From NCBI GenBank assembly GCA_963813715.1, contig CAWFAK010000007.1, positions 384,001-448,000 of the forward strand: a stretch of 64,000 bases of DNA. The letters run 5' to 3'. Below, piece after piece: positions 45,791 through 55,487 of this stretch (within the stretch, counting starts at the first letter, position 1; every line of letters starts with the position of its first letter). The position numbers were made by a program, and so were the translations under genes. The notes below the pieces were generated by a model. The model had not been told where the DNA came from. It saw only the letters and a program-made list of their open reading frames with translations, and ran no database searches. The stretch is from an uncultured Planctomycetaceae bacterium. Its GTDB lineage: Bacteria; Planctomycetota; Planctomycetia; Planctomycetales; Planctomycetaceae.

Positions 45791-47464
45791 ATGCGAGGCA
45801 AGGGGGCATACACCGGCGTTTCGCGGCTGGCCCGAGCGATTTTGCTCTCGGCTGGACTCTGCGGAATGTTGCCAACGGCCCGCGCTTGGGCGCAGGGCTA
45901 TTCGCCGGCGCCCCCGCCACCGTCGTACCTGCCACCGTCCCAGTCGTCGTCACCGCCCAGCACTTCGCGCCCGAACGATCCGATGAATAGCGCGCCCAGC
46001 GGTGGGGCTCCGGTCATCTCGCAGCAGACGCCTGTCGGACCGTCCGCTCCCATTCCGCAGGCGAGCGTCGCCCCAGAAGGGCAGACCATCGATCTCTCGT
46101 CGGCCTTGCGGCTGGCCGGCGTCCAAAACCTGGCGCTGGTCGTCGCGCAGCAGCGAGTCGAATTTGCCGTGGCTCTGCAGCAGTTCGCCGCCGCCCAAAT
46201 CCTGCCGACGCTGAACCTTGGCGGCAACTACGACAGCCATACGGGCACGCTGCAGCAGGACCCGGGGAACATCCTGACGCTCAATCGCAGCGCGATGTAC
46301 GTCGGCGCCGGTGCCAACGCGGTCGGCTCCGGCACCGTGCAGATCCCCGGCCTGGTCTACAGCCTCAATCTTTCGGAGGCAATCTTCGGCTATCTGGTCT
46401 CGCGGCAAAACACACGTCAGGCCCAATTCGATCGCCGAGCCGTCGACAACAACGTGCTCCGCGACGTGGCGCAGGCCTACACCGATCTGTTGCGGGCCTC
46501 CGGACTGCGTGCCCTAGCCGTGCTGGCGCGGAACGACACGGGAGAAATCGCCCGGCTGACGGCCGACTATGCGAAGACCGGCGAAGGTCGTCCGGCCGAC
46601 GCCAACCGCGCGGGCACCGAGTTTGCCCGCCGCGATCAGGAACTGCAGGAGGCGTTGGCGGCGGAGGCTCAGGCCTCGCACGCGCTGGTCGAACTGCTGA
46701 ATCTCGACCCGCTCTTGCGTCTGGTCCCACTGCAATCGCAGGTCGTTCCGCAGCCCGTCGTCCCCACGCAAATGTCGCTGTCGGAGCTGTTGGCCGTCGC
46801 CGCGCTCAACCGTCCCGAATTGTCGGCCCGCCGCACGGCGATTCGCGGAGCCCTGCTCGAGCTGGACGGAGCCCGCGTCCTGCCGTTTTCTCCAACCGTG
46901 TTGATGGGTTTTAGCGGAGGAGCGTTTGGCGGCGGCAGCGACATCGGCGCCAGCGAGGGGCAGACTCGGTTCGGCGATATCAGCGATCGCACCGATCTCG
47001 ACGTCGCGCTTTATTGGTCGCTGCGAAATTTGGGCGTCGGCAACAAGGCGTTGATCGATGCGGCCCGGGCGCGGCTGCACACGTCGGAGCTGCAGGAATT
47101 GGACGTGCTCGACACGGTGCGAGACGAAGTCGTCACCGCGTACGTGCAAGCGCTCGCCTGGCTGGCCCAGGTAAAATGGCACGCGCAGGCCGTCCGCGCC
47201 GGCGAGCAGGCGGCCAAAGAAGACTTGATTCGAGTGCGCGGGCGACAGGGGCTGCCGATCGAGTTACTCGACAGCGTGCGGCAAGTGATCGAGGCCCGCC
47301 GCGACTATCTCAACGCCATCATCGACTACAACCGGGCCGAGGTGCGGCTGTATGTGGCGATCGGGAACCCGCCGGCCGACATGCTGGCGCGGCCGGTGCC
47401 CGATCCGCTGTTGCATCCGCCCGATCAAACGCTGAGCCCGCAGACTCGGATCAACGCGCGCTAG
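45791..47464 (+). CDS. TolC-family outer membrane protein (paralogue 1)
   Basis: Signal peptide; Pro-rich linker; LPTLNLG, ALNRPEL and YLNAIIDYNRAEVRLYVAIG OEP-type helices. Confidence 0.8.
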   Translation: MRGKGAYTGVSRLARAILLSAGLCGMLPTARAWAQGYSPAPPPPSYLPPSQSSSPPSTSRPNDPMNSAPSGGAPVISQQTPVGPSAPIPQASVAPEGQTIDLSSALRLAGVQNLALVVAQQRVEFAVALQQFAAAQILPTLNLGGNYDSHTGTLQQDPGNILTLNRSAMYVGAGANAVGSGTVQIPGLVYSLNLSEAIFGYLVSRQNTRQAQFDRRAVDNNVLRDVAQAYTDLLRASGLRALAVLARNDTGEIARLTADYAKTGEGRPADANRAGTEFARRDQELQEALAAEAQASHALVELLNLDPLLRLVPLQSQVVPQPVVPTQMSLSELLAVAALNRPELSARRTAIRGALLELDGARVLPFSPTVLMGFSGGAFGGGSDIGASEGQTRFGDISDRTDLDVALYWSLRNLGVGNKALIDAARARLHTSELQELDVLDTVRDEVVTAYVQALAWLAQVKWHAQAVRAGEQAAKEDLIRVRGRQGLPIELLDSVRQVIEARRDYLNAIIDYNRAEVRLYVAIGNPPADMLARPVPDPLLHPPDQTLSPQTRINAR

Positions 47465-47487
47465 AGGACGATTCACCAGGAAGAGGT

Positions 47488-49216
47488 ATGAACGGTCGGG
47501 GGTTGCGGAGGGCCTGTGCGAGCTGTGCCACGGCGGCATGGTTCGCGCTGCTGCTCGCGCCGGCCCGCGCTCAGCAAACTGACCGCGACCGCAGCTGCCG
47601 CCCGATGCCGACGGCGCCGGCCGCTGGGCCGATCGTTGCCGCTCCCCTCAATGCCGGACCGGGCTACCCGCCCTCGTTCGCGGACAGCTCTGCCTCCCGA
47701 GGCCAGCGGCCCGCTTTCGTCGGCCGACGCCGAAGCGTCTCTCAAGCAGTTCTTGGGAGCGAACGTCGCGCCGGTCGACTTGATGACCGCGTTTCGGCTG
47801 GTCGGCGAGCAAAACCCGCAGGTGCTGATTGCCCAGTCGCGGGTGATCGAAGCGTTGGCCCTGCGACAGTTGGCCGCCGTCCAGTTCCTGCCGACGCTCA
47901 ATGCCGGCACGAGTCTCAACTCCCATCAGGGCACGCTGCAGCAATCGACCGGATCGATTCTGCAGGTGAATCGCGACTCGCTCTACGCGGGGGCCGGTGC
48001 GTTCGCGGTCGGCGGCGGCACGGTCAATATTCCGGGCGTCGTCCTTACCGGGAACGTCGCCGTGATGACCTACGACTACCTGGTCGCTCGGCAAGAGGTG
48101 GAGCGACGTCGCTTCGTGGAAAACACCGTTACACAGGACACGCTGTTGGCCGCGGCCGTCGGGTATCTCGAGCTGCTCCGCGCGGAGGAGCTGCAGAAAG
48201 TCGCCGAGCAAACGCGCGACGACGCCCGCGAAGTGGCACGGCTCACCGCCAACTACGCGCAGGCGGGCGAAGGACGCAAGGCCGACGCGGACCGCGCGGC
48301 CACCGAGCTTTACCGACGCGAGGCCCTGGTGATTCAAGCATCGTCCGATATCGGCACGGCGTCGGCCAACCTTGCGCGCGTGCTGCATCTCGATCCGCTC
48401 TCGCGCCTGCATCCGGTCGACGAGCACGTGCTGCCCAAGTCCATCGTCCCGGAGCCGATCACGCTGCCCGAGCTGATCGCCATCGCCCTCGTCACTCGCC
48501 CCGAGCTGAGCGAGCGGCGCGTCGCCATCTGCCAGGCCCTGCTGCGGCTCGAGCAACAACACTGGCTTCCCTTCTCGCCGACGATCTTTCTCGGCGTGAG
48601 CGCCGGGACGTTTGGCGGCGGCAGCAGCCTGGTGAATCAGCCGGTCGGCTCGAGCCCCGACGCGCTGGGCGATCCGCGGTTCGGCCTGTTCGATTCGCGG
48701 GTCGATTTCGATGCGGCCGCCTATTGGACCCTGCTCAACCTGGGCGTCGGCAACAAGGCACTCATCGACGCGGCCCGCAGTCGCCTGCGCAGCGCCAACC
48801 TCGAGCAAGTGGTCGTGCTCGACCGCATTCGGGCCGAGGTGGCCGCCGCCTATGCGCGGACCCATGCGCGCTACGCCCAAATCGCAATCAGTGAGATGGC
48901 CATTCAATCAAGCCTCGAAGGTTTTCAGGAAGACATGCGGCGGATCATCGCGCACGAAGGACTGCCGCTCGAGTTGATCAACAGCCTCCGCTTGCTCGGC
49001 CGGGCGCGAACCCAATACACCAACGCGATCCTCGATTACAACCGGGCCCAGTTCGAGCTCTATGTGGCGATCGGCAAACCGCCGGCGGACGTTTTGATCC
49101 GGCCTATGACCGGCGCACCCGCAGTCCCTGTCGATTTGCCGTCAACGCCGCCGGCGCCGCTGCCGCCCCCGGCACCCGGAGTTTTCAATCTGCAGAACGG
49201 CCTGCCTCGGCGCTGA
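47488..49216 (+). CDS. TolC-family outer membrane protein (paralogue 2; N-terminal frameshift)
   Basis: GAGG RBS plus signal peptide at 47488; FLPTLNAG, LVTRPEL and YTNAILDYNRAQFELYVAIG motifs. Confidence 0.8.
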
Positions 49217-49339
49217 TGGCCGACGCCTTGCGACGCAGCCTTCCAAAAATAACTCCGATAGAAACGATGACACATCCGACCGCTCGATCACGAACGCCCG
49301 AACGCGAAGGTTGCTCACCGGCCTCGTGCGCGGGCACGC

Positions 49340-50983
49340 GTGCGGCGCGCGTCGGGGCGATTCTTGGTGTCAGTCTCAGCTTGGGCGCTGTTCGGCCTGA
49401 TCGGTTGTTTCGCTTTGGTTGGAGCCATGTTGCCGAGCATCGACCTCCGCGCAGCAGGCCGCACCCGCAAACCGCTGAAAGACACGGGCGATGATGAGCC
49501 GCTCGTCGCTGACTTTCAGACCCGCGACTATTCTCCCGCGGAAAAATCCGGTCCGGCCGCAAAGGGCAGCACTCCCGCGGTCACCAATCCGGAGGAAGGG
49601 CTCGCGATTCGAGACGTCGTGCCGGTGACGGGCCAGGAGTATCCCGTCGACCTTTCGACCGTGCTGCAACTCGCCCAGGTCCAGAATCCGACCATCGCGC
49701 TCGGTCGCGAGGCCATTCAAGAAGCGCTGGCGCTGCAGCTGCAGGCCCGCGGCATGCTGCTCCCCTCGCTGAACGCCGGCACGATGTATCACCTGCACCA
49801 GGGGAACTTGCAGGAAGCCGACGGCCAGATCCTCAAAGTCGAGGAACAGTCGATCTACTTCGGCGGCGGCGACTGGACCGTCGGTTCGCAGACGGTGGCC
49901 ATCCCGGCCGTGCACATCTTCGGACACCTGGGCGACGCCTACTTCGCTCCCCTGGTCGCAACGCAGGTCGTCGCGAGCCGAACAGCGTCGTCGCGGGCCA
50001 TCGAGAACAGCAGTTTGCTCGACGTCACGAGCCGATACCTGGCGCTCGTCGGCGCCGAGGGAGAGCTGTACGCGATCCGTAAATCCGAGGAAGGCTTGAT
50101 GCAGGTGGTGCGGGCCACGGCCGCCTTCGCCAAGACCGGTCAGGGACGCGTCGGCGACGCCAACCGCTCGCGCACGCAGGCCCTCTTGCTGCACGCGCAA
50201 GAGATGCAGGCTCAGGAGAACCTGGCCGTCGCCGCGGCCGAACTGGCACGCACGCTCAATCTCGATCCGTCCGTGCGACTGCGGACGCCGGCCGGGATGA
50301 TCGAGGTCGTGCAGCTGGTCGACCCGGGCTATCGAGTCGAACAGCTCGTGCCGATGGCGCTCACCGCTCGCCCGGAGATTTCGGCCGCGGCCGCCGACGT
50401 TTCGGCCGCGGACTATCGCCTTCAGGCCGAATGCCTGCGGCCCTGGTTGCCCGTCATCTCCGTCGGCGTGAGCGCGGGGGGCTTTGGCGGCGGCGGTACC
50501 CAAGGAGGCGACGACGCGCTGTTTCAACACGTCGGCGGACGCGCCGATTTCGACGTCTACGCCTTCTGGACGCTGCAGAACATGGGCGTCGGGAACGCGG
50601 CCCTGCAGAAGGAAGAACGCAGCCACCGCGACGACGCCATCGCGCGACGCGGGCTCGTTGCCAACCGGGTCGGACGCGAGGTGACCGATGCGTTCGTCCT
50701 CTCCGAGCGTCGCCGGCAAGAACTCGATTTCGCCATGCGGCGTCTGAAGACGGCCGCGGACGGCGCCCGCGAGGAAATCGCGCGAACGCGCGGCGGCGAG
50801 GCGCTGCCTCTCGAGGCGATCAACAGCGTCAACCTGCTGACCGACGCCCGGCAGGACCTCGTGCGAGCGATCGTCGCCTACGACCTGGCACAGTTCCAAC
50901 TGTTCGTTGCGATCGGCGAAACACCCCAAGCCGCCCTCCCCGACCCGAAACGCTCCGGTCCGGTGAGTGAGGAAGGTCACTAA
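49340..50983 (+). CDS. TolC-family outer membrane protein (paralogue 3)
   Basis: LLPSLNAG, LTARPEI and AIVAYDLAQFQLFVAIG motifs. The start is uncertain. Confidence 0.8.
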   Translation: MRRASGRFLVSVSAWALFGLIGCFALVGAMLPSIDLRAAGRTRKPLKDTGDDEPLVADFQTRDYSPAEKSGPAAKGSTPAVTNPEEGLAIRDVVPVTGQEYPVDLSTVLQLAQVQNPTIALGREAIQEALALQLQARGMLLPSLNAGTMYHLHQGNLQEADGQILKVEEQSIYFGGGDWTVGSQTVAIPAVHIFGHLGDAYFAPLVATQVVASRTASSRAIENSSLLDVTSRYLALVGAEGELYAIRKSEEGLMQVVRATAAFAKTGQGRVGDANRSRTQALLLHAQEMQAQENLAVAAAELARTLNLDPSVRLRTPAGMIEVVQLVDPGYRVEQLVPMALTARPEISAAAADVSAADYRLQAECLRPWLPVISVGVSAGGFGGGGTQGGDDALFQHVGGRADFDVYAFWTLQNMGVGNAALQKEERSHRDDAIARRGLVANRVGREVTDAFVLSERRRQELDFAMRRLKTAADGAREEIARTRGGEALPLEAINSVNLLTDARQDLVRAIVAYDLAQFQLFVAIGETPQAALPDPKRSGPVSEEGH

Positions 50984-51103
50984 CTCGCCGCCCGAACGGT
51001 TCGCCCACTCGCCGGCACTGTAGTGGAGCTTCCACGGGGTGGCTGCGGTAGAGCCGTCAGGCTCGCCCCAGGTCTGCAATCGCCGGTTTCCTTGTTCAAA
51101 TGA

Positions 51104-51447
51104 CGGAATTATGCACTAAACAAAGCCGACCCTATTGGTTGGGATAGCCGCGGTATTCCAGTTCGCCACGCTGTTGCAGTGCGGGTAGCAGCGTGGCGAC
51201 ACAGCCGGAGAGTAAGGCTAGGCCGATCACGACGCAGATAAAGACGCCGATGAAGGGCGGCCGTTTCCCAAAGCGGCGGAGCACCCACAAGACTGCCAGG
51301 GTAACGAGCCCAGCGACCGCTCCGTCAAAAGCCAAGAGAAGCAACATCCCCATGCCGTCATTCTCGCGGCTTCTTTGGACTCTTGGGCTTCCCGCGGAAC
51401 CATACTCTCGGGCCGCGTCTCTTTGGATGCGCCGCCCACTAATTCCG
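51104..51447. mobile_element. 344-bp non-autonomous gene-carrying element (IS1595-like ends)
   Basis: Terminal inverted repeats CGGAATTA (51104-51111) / TAATTCCG (51440-51447); direct repeat TCAAATGA at 51096-51103 and 51448-51455. Confidence 0.7.
51132..51353 (-). CDS. small two-TM membrane protein (passenger gene)
   Basis: 73 aa with two hydrophobic segments separated by RRFGKRPP; lies inside the 344-bp element. Confidence 0.55.
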   Translation of the reverse strand: MGMLLLLAFDGAVAGLVTLAVLWVLRRFGKRPPFIGVFICVVIGLALLSGCVATLLPALQQRGELEYRGYPNQ

Positions 51448-51702
51448 TCAAATGAAAGTGTCCGGACCGGATTCAGACTTCGTCCTAAACCGTATTCGCT
51501 GCGCCTCTTAACCCCGGTCTAAATCCGCATTGTGAAGATTAGACCGGACCGGACCTGACTCGACGTTTTGTGCTTTACAGTCGAGCCAAGCACGGGGTGA
51601 AGCTATGAGGAGCGGTAAGAGGTAGGCCGAGCCGGTTGGTGGTTGTGCTTGAACGTGGTAAACGGAGTTTGTTGCCAACCGTTTCCACAAAAGGACACCG
51701 CC

Positions 51703-52722
51703 ATGAAATTTGCCGGCTGCGACCTACACAAGCAGACTATCACGATTTGCGTCGTCGACCAATTGCGGCGGGTTTTGGAGCGTCGGACCGTGCGTTGTGG
51801 CGAAGAGCGGAGCATCCTCGCATTTTTCGAGAGGCTCGGGGAGTTCGAGGCTGTCGTGGAAGCGACCGCCAGCTACGAATGGTTCGTGCGATTGATCGAG
51901 CCCGTGGCCCATCGCGTGTTGTTGGCTCACCCCAAGAAGCTGCGTGTGATTGCCGAGAGCACGCGTAAAAGCGATCGGCTCGACGCGCAAATCCTCGCGG
52001 AGTTCCTGGCCTTGGACATGATTCCGACGTCTTACCGGGCGACTCCGCGGCAGCATGAGCATCGACGACTGGTGCGTCAGCGGGGCGGCGTTCAACGGCG
52101 ATTGACCTCCGTCAAGAACCGTCTGCGCCGCATTCTCTGCGACTACAACGCGGATCGTCCCAGTCTGTTCACCGTGGACGGGTTGGCGTATCTCGCCAAG
52201 TGCCTCTCTTGGGAGCGGATCGGTTCGCCGTGGATCAGATGGTCGAAGAGTTGCACTTCGGGCGGCGTCAGCTGCTGGCCGTCAACGCCCGGCTGAAGGA
52301 GTTCGCCGAGGCGGCGCCGCTTTGCGAGCAGGAAAGCGCGGACGCTGTTGCGGACGATCCCCGGAGTGGGCTTCGTGACCACCGAAGTTGTGCTGGCCGA
52401 GTTGGCAGACATTGATCGCTTCGGTTCGCAAAAGCGGGTCGTCGCTTACGCAGGGCTCTCACCGGGTCAACGCGAGAGTGCGGGCAAGAGTCGGGAGCTG
52501 CACCTGGAGAAGAACGGTTCGACGCTGCTGCGCTCGACGCTGGTCGAAGCCGCCTGGCGGCTGGTTCAGCACTCGTTACGTTGGCGTCGGATTTATGAAC
52601 GATTGAAGTTGCGCGTGCGTGCCAAGAAGGCGATCGTCGCCGTGGCCCGCCGGTTGTTGTGCCTGATGACAGCGATCTTGAAGACGGGCCAACCCTACTC
52701 GCTGAGCCAGCAACCGACTTAA
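51703..52722 (+). CDS. IS110-family DEDD recombinase/transposase (frameshifts at ~52205 and ~52345)
   Basis: GCDLHK, VEAT, KSDRLDA, TIPGVG, YAGLSP..RESAGK and KAIVAVARRL motifs; AAGGA RBS. Confidence 0.92.
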
Positions 52723-52779
52723 ATCCCTGACCTTGGCAGGAGAGCACAAAACAAAACATCGATCGAAAGCGCTGCGACG

Positions 52780-52965
52780 ACCCACAGACGACCCCGCCCC
52801 CGGCCATGAAGGCGTTCCCTCAAAGAGCGACCTTCGAAGGGTGAATGGGGCGTCTCTCGAAAGTCGGCTTCCTGGCGACATCGACGGACCTGTTCCAGAC
52901 CGTTGGTGATCCCGAATAGATGGTTGAGCGTACCGCATCGCCCAGATCACCACTTCAAACGCAAA
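52780..52965 (+). ncRNA. predicted bridge/seek RNA of the IS1111-group element
   Basis: Two stem-loops whose unpaired segments match the target (CCCCGGCCA 52798-52806, GGGTG 52839-52843) and the circle junction (ATAGATG 52916-52922, CTTCA 52953-52957). Boundaries are approximate. Confidence 0.75.
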
Positions 52966-53125
52966 AACCAACCCTTGACGCTACCCTTCTCATAGATGGC
53001 TGGGGTCGAGCCATCAGCCTCGCCCTTAGGTCCGCGACCCCACCGGTCTCGTGGTGCAAACGAAAGTGTCCGGACCGGGTAGTGGGGGCGTTTCCCACCT
53101 GAATTTTGGGGATTGGCACCGGAGT

Positions 53126-53349
53126 TCAGTGAACCCAAAAGCTCAGATACCATTCGAGCGCGGACCCAGCCCAAACAGACTGGCTCGCTAGCCAGAAGAT
53201 CGGTGCGTAGATCGCCTAACGGTTTCGTCGCTATCGGGCGACGTGACCAGCCGCATGGCCGGCCCGGCCGAAAGCGGATACAGCACGAAGAGTGCGAGCA
53301 TCGTCCAACAAATCCATGCCCGCTGCCGTCTCTTCGGTTCGTCGCTCAT
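53126..53349 (-). CDS. small membrane protein, paralogue of 2615..2932 (one frameshift)
   Basis: Manual translation: MSDEPKRRQRAWICWTMLALFVLYPLSAGPAMRLV... then, shifted, AIYAPIFWLASQSVWAGSALEWYLSFWVH*; GAGG RBS. Confidence 0.65.
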
Positions 53350-53443
53350 GCTGGCACCTCAGCGATTGGGACGGGACTTGGGTAGTGGGTGCGAGTTGTG
53401 TTGCTGGATGATCAGGCCGCTGGCGCGAGACCGCGTACGGTGA

Positions 53444-53854
53444 TCACAAGGAAAGCTGATTTAGCCATCTCGGGTGATCAGGATATTTCCCATACGGATA
53501 CTCGGGATCGCGAAAGCGTAACACGATTGGAACGGCCAGCTCATGGTCGGATTTCCAACGTGCCAACCACTCGCGCATTTCAAATTGTTTTCTTTCTTCG
53601 ACGACAAACGAAACCTCGACGGCGATGTACTGATGAAGAGTATCACTCACGACCGCCGTACCAACAACAAACCGGGTACCAGGATAAGCTTCCTCGAGTG
53701 CGCTATTCACCTTGGCGGCGGATCTCGCGACCGCAAATGTGATCGTGAAATAGCCGATCGCGACAGCGCCCAGGGCGACACAGGCTGCCGCTATCCAGGG
53801 ATGCCGCTTTAGGCGCGTGAAAAGGCCGCTGCTTGGCCTGGACAACATGTTCAC
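53444..53854 (-). CDS. hypothetical membrane-anchored protein (passenger gene)
   Basis: 136 aa with an N-terminal TM helix; more AT-rich than the host genes. Confidence 0.6.
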   Translation of the reverse strand: MNMLSRPSSGLFTRLKRHPWIAAACVALGAVAIGYFTITFAVARSAAKVNSALEEAYPGTRFVVGTAVVSDTLHQYIAVEVSFVVEERKQFEMREWLARWKSDHELAVPIVLRFRDPEYPYGKYPDHPRWLNQLSL

Positions 53855-54442
53855 AGTACCCCATTACCTCCGGACCGGATTCAGACTTCGCCCTAAACCG
53901 CATCCGCTGCACTTCTTAACCCCGGTCTAAGTCCGAATTGTGAAGATTAGACCGGACCGGACCTGACTCGGCGTTAGCCCAGCACTGAGATGGCTGGGGG
54001 TCAAGCCATCAGGCTCGCCGACCGGTCCGCGATTGCCGGTCTCCTTGTACAAATGAAAGAGTCCGGACCGGACCTGTTGCCATCCGATCACCGAAAGGCT
54101 CGGTGTCCGGCGTCAGCGCAACCCGGTCGGTGCCGACTCAACGCCTTGCGGCCATTTCATCCCCGCGCGCAAGCCGATCTCGCCTGTCACAACACGGCCA
54201 AACTCCATTCTGCCACAAATTGCCAACCAACCAAGATCGGTTTTCTACGCCGCTCAGTTTTCGCGGGCGGGTGGCGGGAATACACACGGATTATTTGCCT
54301 GGCGTGCCACGGTTGAGCTTGCTCAACCGAGCTCTTCACGGTTCAGCAACCGTCAGCACGAAGAGCTGAACGGCAAACCCAACGGAGGGCACCTTTTCGG
54401 AGCCACCGGCACCGCGTGCGATAGAATAGCTCGGGGGGTGAG

Positions 54443-55487
54443 ATGACAAGTTCGCAGCCAGGCGCATTACCAGACGACAATCCCGCCGCACCGCGGTCGA
54501 TCGGGCGTAAGATCGGATCGGTTCTGCTGGGGATGTGCGTTCCGGTTCCGAGAGGTAAGACAACCCGGTCCAAGGCGTGGTGGATCGGGAGACGGATCGC
54601 CTTGTTGTACCTGATCATCTTGTTCATATTCGCTTTTTTTCAACGCGATCTGATCTATCAGCCGTCGCGAGCCGACGCGATTGACCCGCGCCTCAGTGGG
54701 CTCGAACCGCGTCGCATCGAAGAGGTCCGCGTCCCAACCGCCGACGGGCTGCAACTCAACGGATGGCTGGTGCGCGCAGTTCCCAACGCCGCGCAACGCA
54801 CAGCAGAACGGTTCAGTTCATCCCGCCGTCATCTGGTTTCCCGGCAACGCGGGGCATCGTGGATATCGGGCGCTCGAGCTGGATCAGTTGTCGCGGCTCG
54901 GCGCGGACGCCTATCTCGTCGATTACCGCGGCTACGGCGACAATCCCGGCAGGCCGACCGAAGAGAATCTCGAGGCCGACGCTCGGGCCGTCTGGAAATT
55001 TGTCACGACGAGCCAGCACGTCCAGCCGTCGCAGGTCGTCCTGCTCGGCGAATCGCTGGGGGGCGGCGTGGCCACGCGGCTCGCGTCGGAACTCTCGCAG
55101 GCCGACACTCCGCCCGGCGGGCTGATCTTGTGCGCGACCTACTCCGGGCTGGCCGACGTCGCGTCTTATCAGTACCCCTGGCTACCGGTGAAGATGATTC
55201 TGATCGATCGCTTTCCGTCCGCGGAGTGGATCGCGCACGTCACGTGCCCGGTGCTCGTGCTGCACTGCAAAGCCGACGACACCGTGCCGTTCGAATCGGG
55301 GAAACGACTGTTCGACGCGGCTCCCGCGGTCTCAGCCGGTTCCGTCCCTAAGACGTTTGTCGTCCTCCCCGGCGCGCATCATATTCCTCTGTTCGCCGCT
55401 GGGGAGCCCTATCGGGAGGCCGTCAAAGAGTTTCTCGACCGGATGAGGCCGGCATCCGAGCCGGTGCGGTCGGCCGTGGCGCATTGA
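54443..55487 (+). CDS. alpha/beta hydrolase (ABHD13/Bem46-like), frameshift at ~54820
   Basis: FQRDLIYQP, FPGNAG, DYRGYG, GESLGGG, LHCKADDTVP and GAHH motifs. Confidence 0.85.

Larger units (their letters stand above)
51598..52996 (+). mobile_element. IS110-family, IS1111-group insertion sequence
   Basis: Sub-terminal IRs ATGAGGAGCGGTA (7 nt from the left end) and TACCCTTCTCAT (3 nt from the right end); long 3' non-coding region; no TSD beyond the shared TG core. Removing the element restores repeat copy B. Confidence 0.9.
53078..53868. mobile_element. 791-bp non-autonomous two-gene element (IS1-like ends)
   Basis: Terminal inverted repeats GGTAGTGGGG (53078-53087) / CCCCATTACC (53859-53868); 9-bp direct repeat TCCGGACCG at 53069-53077 and 53869-53877. 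Confidence 0.75.
51033..54076 (+). repeat. head-to-tail array of three ~200-bp non-coding repeats interrupted by three insertions
   Basis: Copy A: 51033-51103 + 51456-51590. Copy B: 51591-51599 + 52999-53077 + 53878-53982. Copy C (internally shortened): 53983-54076. Confidence 0.85.

Noticed and set aside
52195..52350. Programmed frameshifting or true inactivation of the IS110 gene
   Set aside because: There is no obvious slippery site, and similar indels affect about 20 unrelated genes, so sequencing error is more likely. Real decay cannot be excluded.
51703..52996. TIGR-Tas-like system
   Set aside because: The protein retains the full IS110 architecture, including the serine motif, and has IS ends; there is no 36-nt periodic array.
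51033..54076. Integron cassette array (attC sites)
   Set aside because: There is no integron integrase in the window and no convincing RYYYAAC...GTTRRRY boxes. The genes lie inside TIR/TSD-bounded insertions within the repeats rather than between them.
54208..54228. Sigma-54 promoter on the minus strand (TGGCAATTTGTGGCA)
   Set aside because: The GG-to-GC spacing is one base short of the required -24/-12 geometry.
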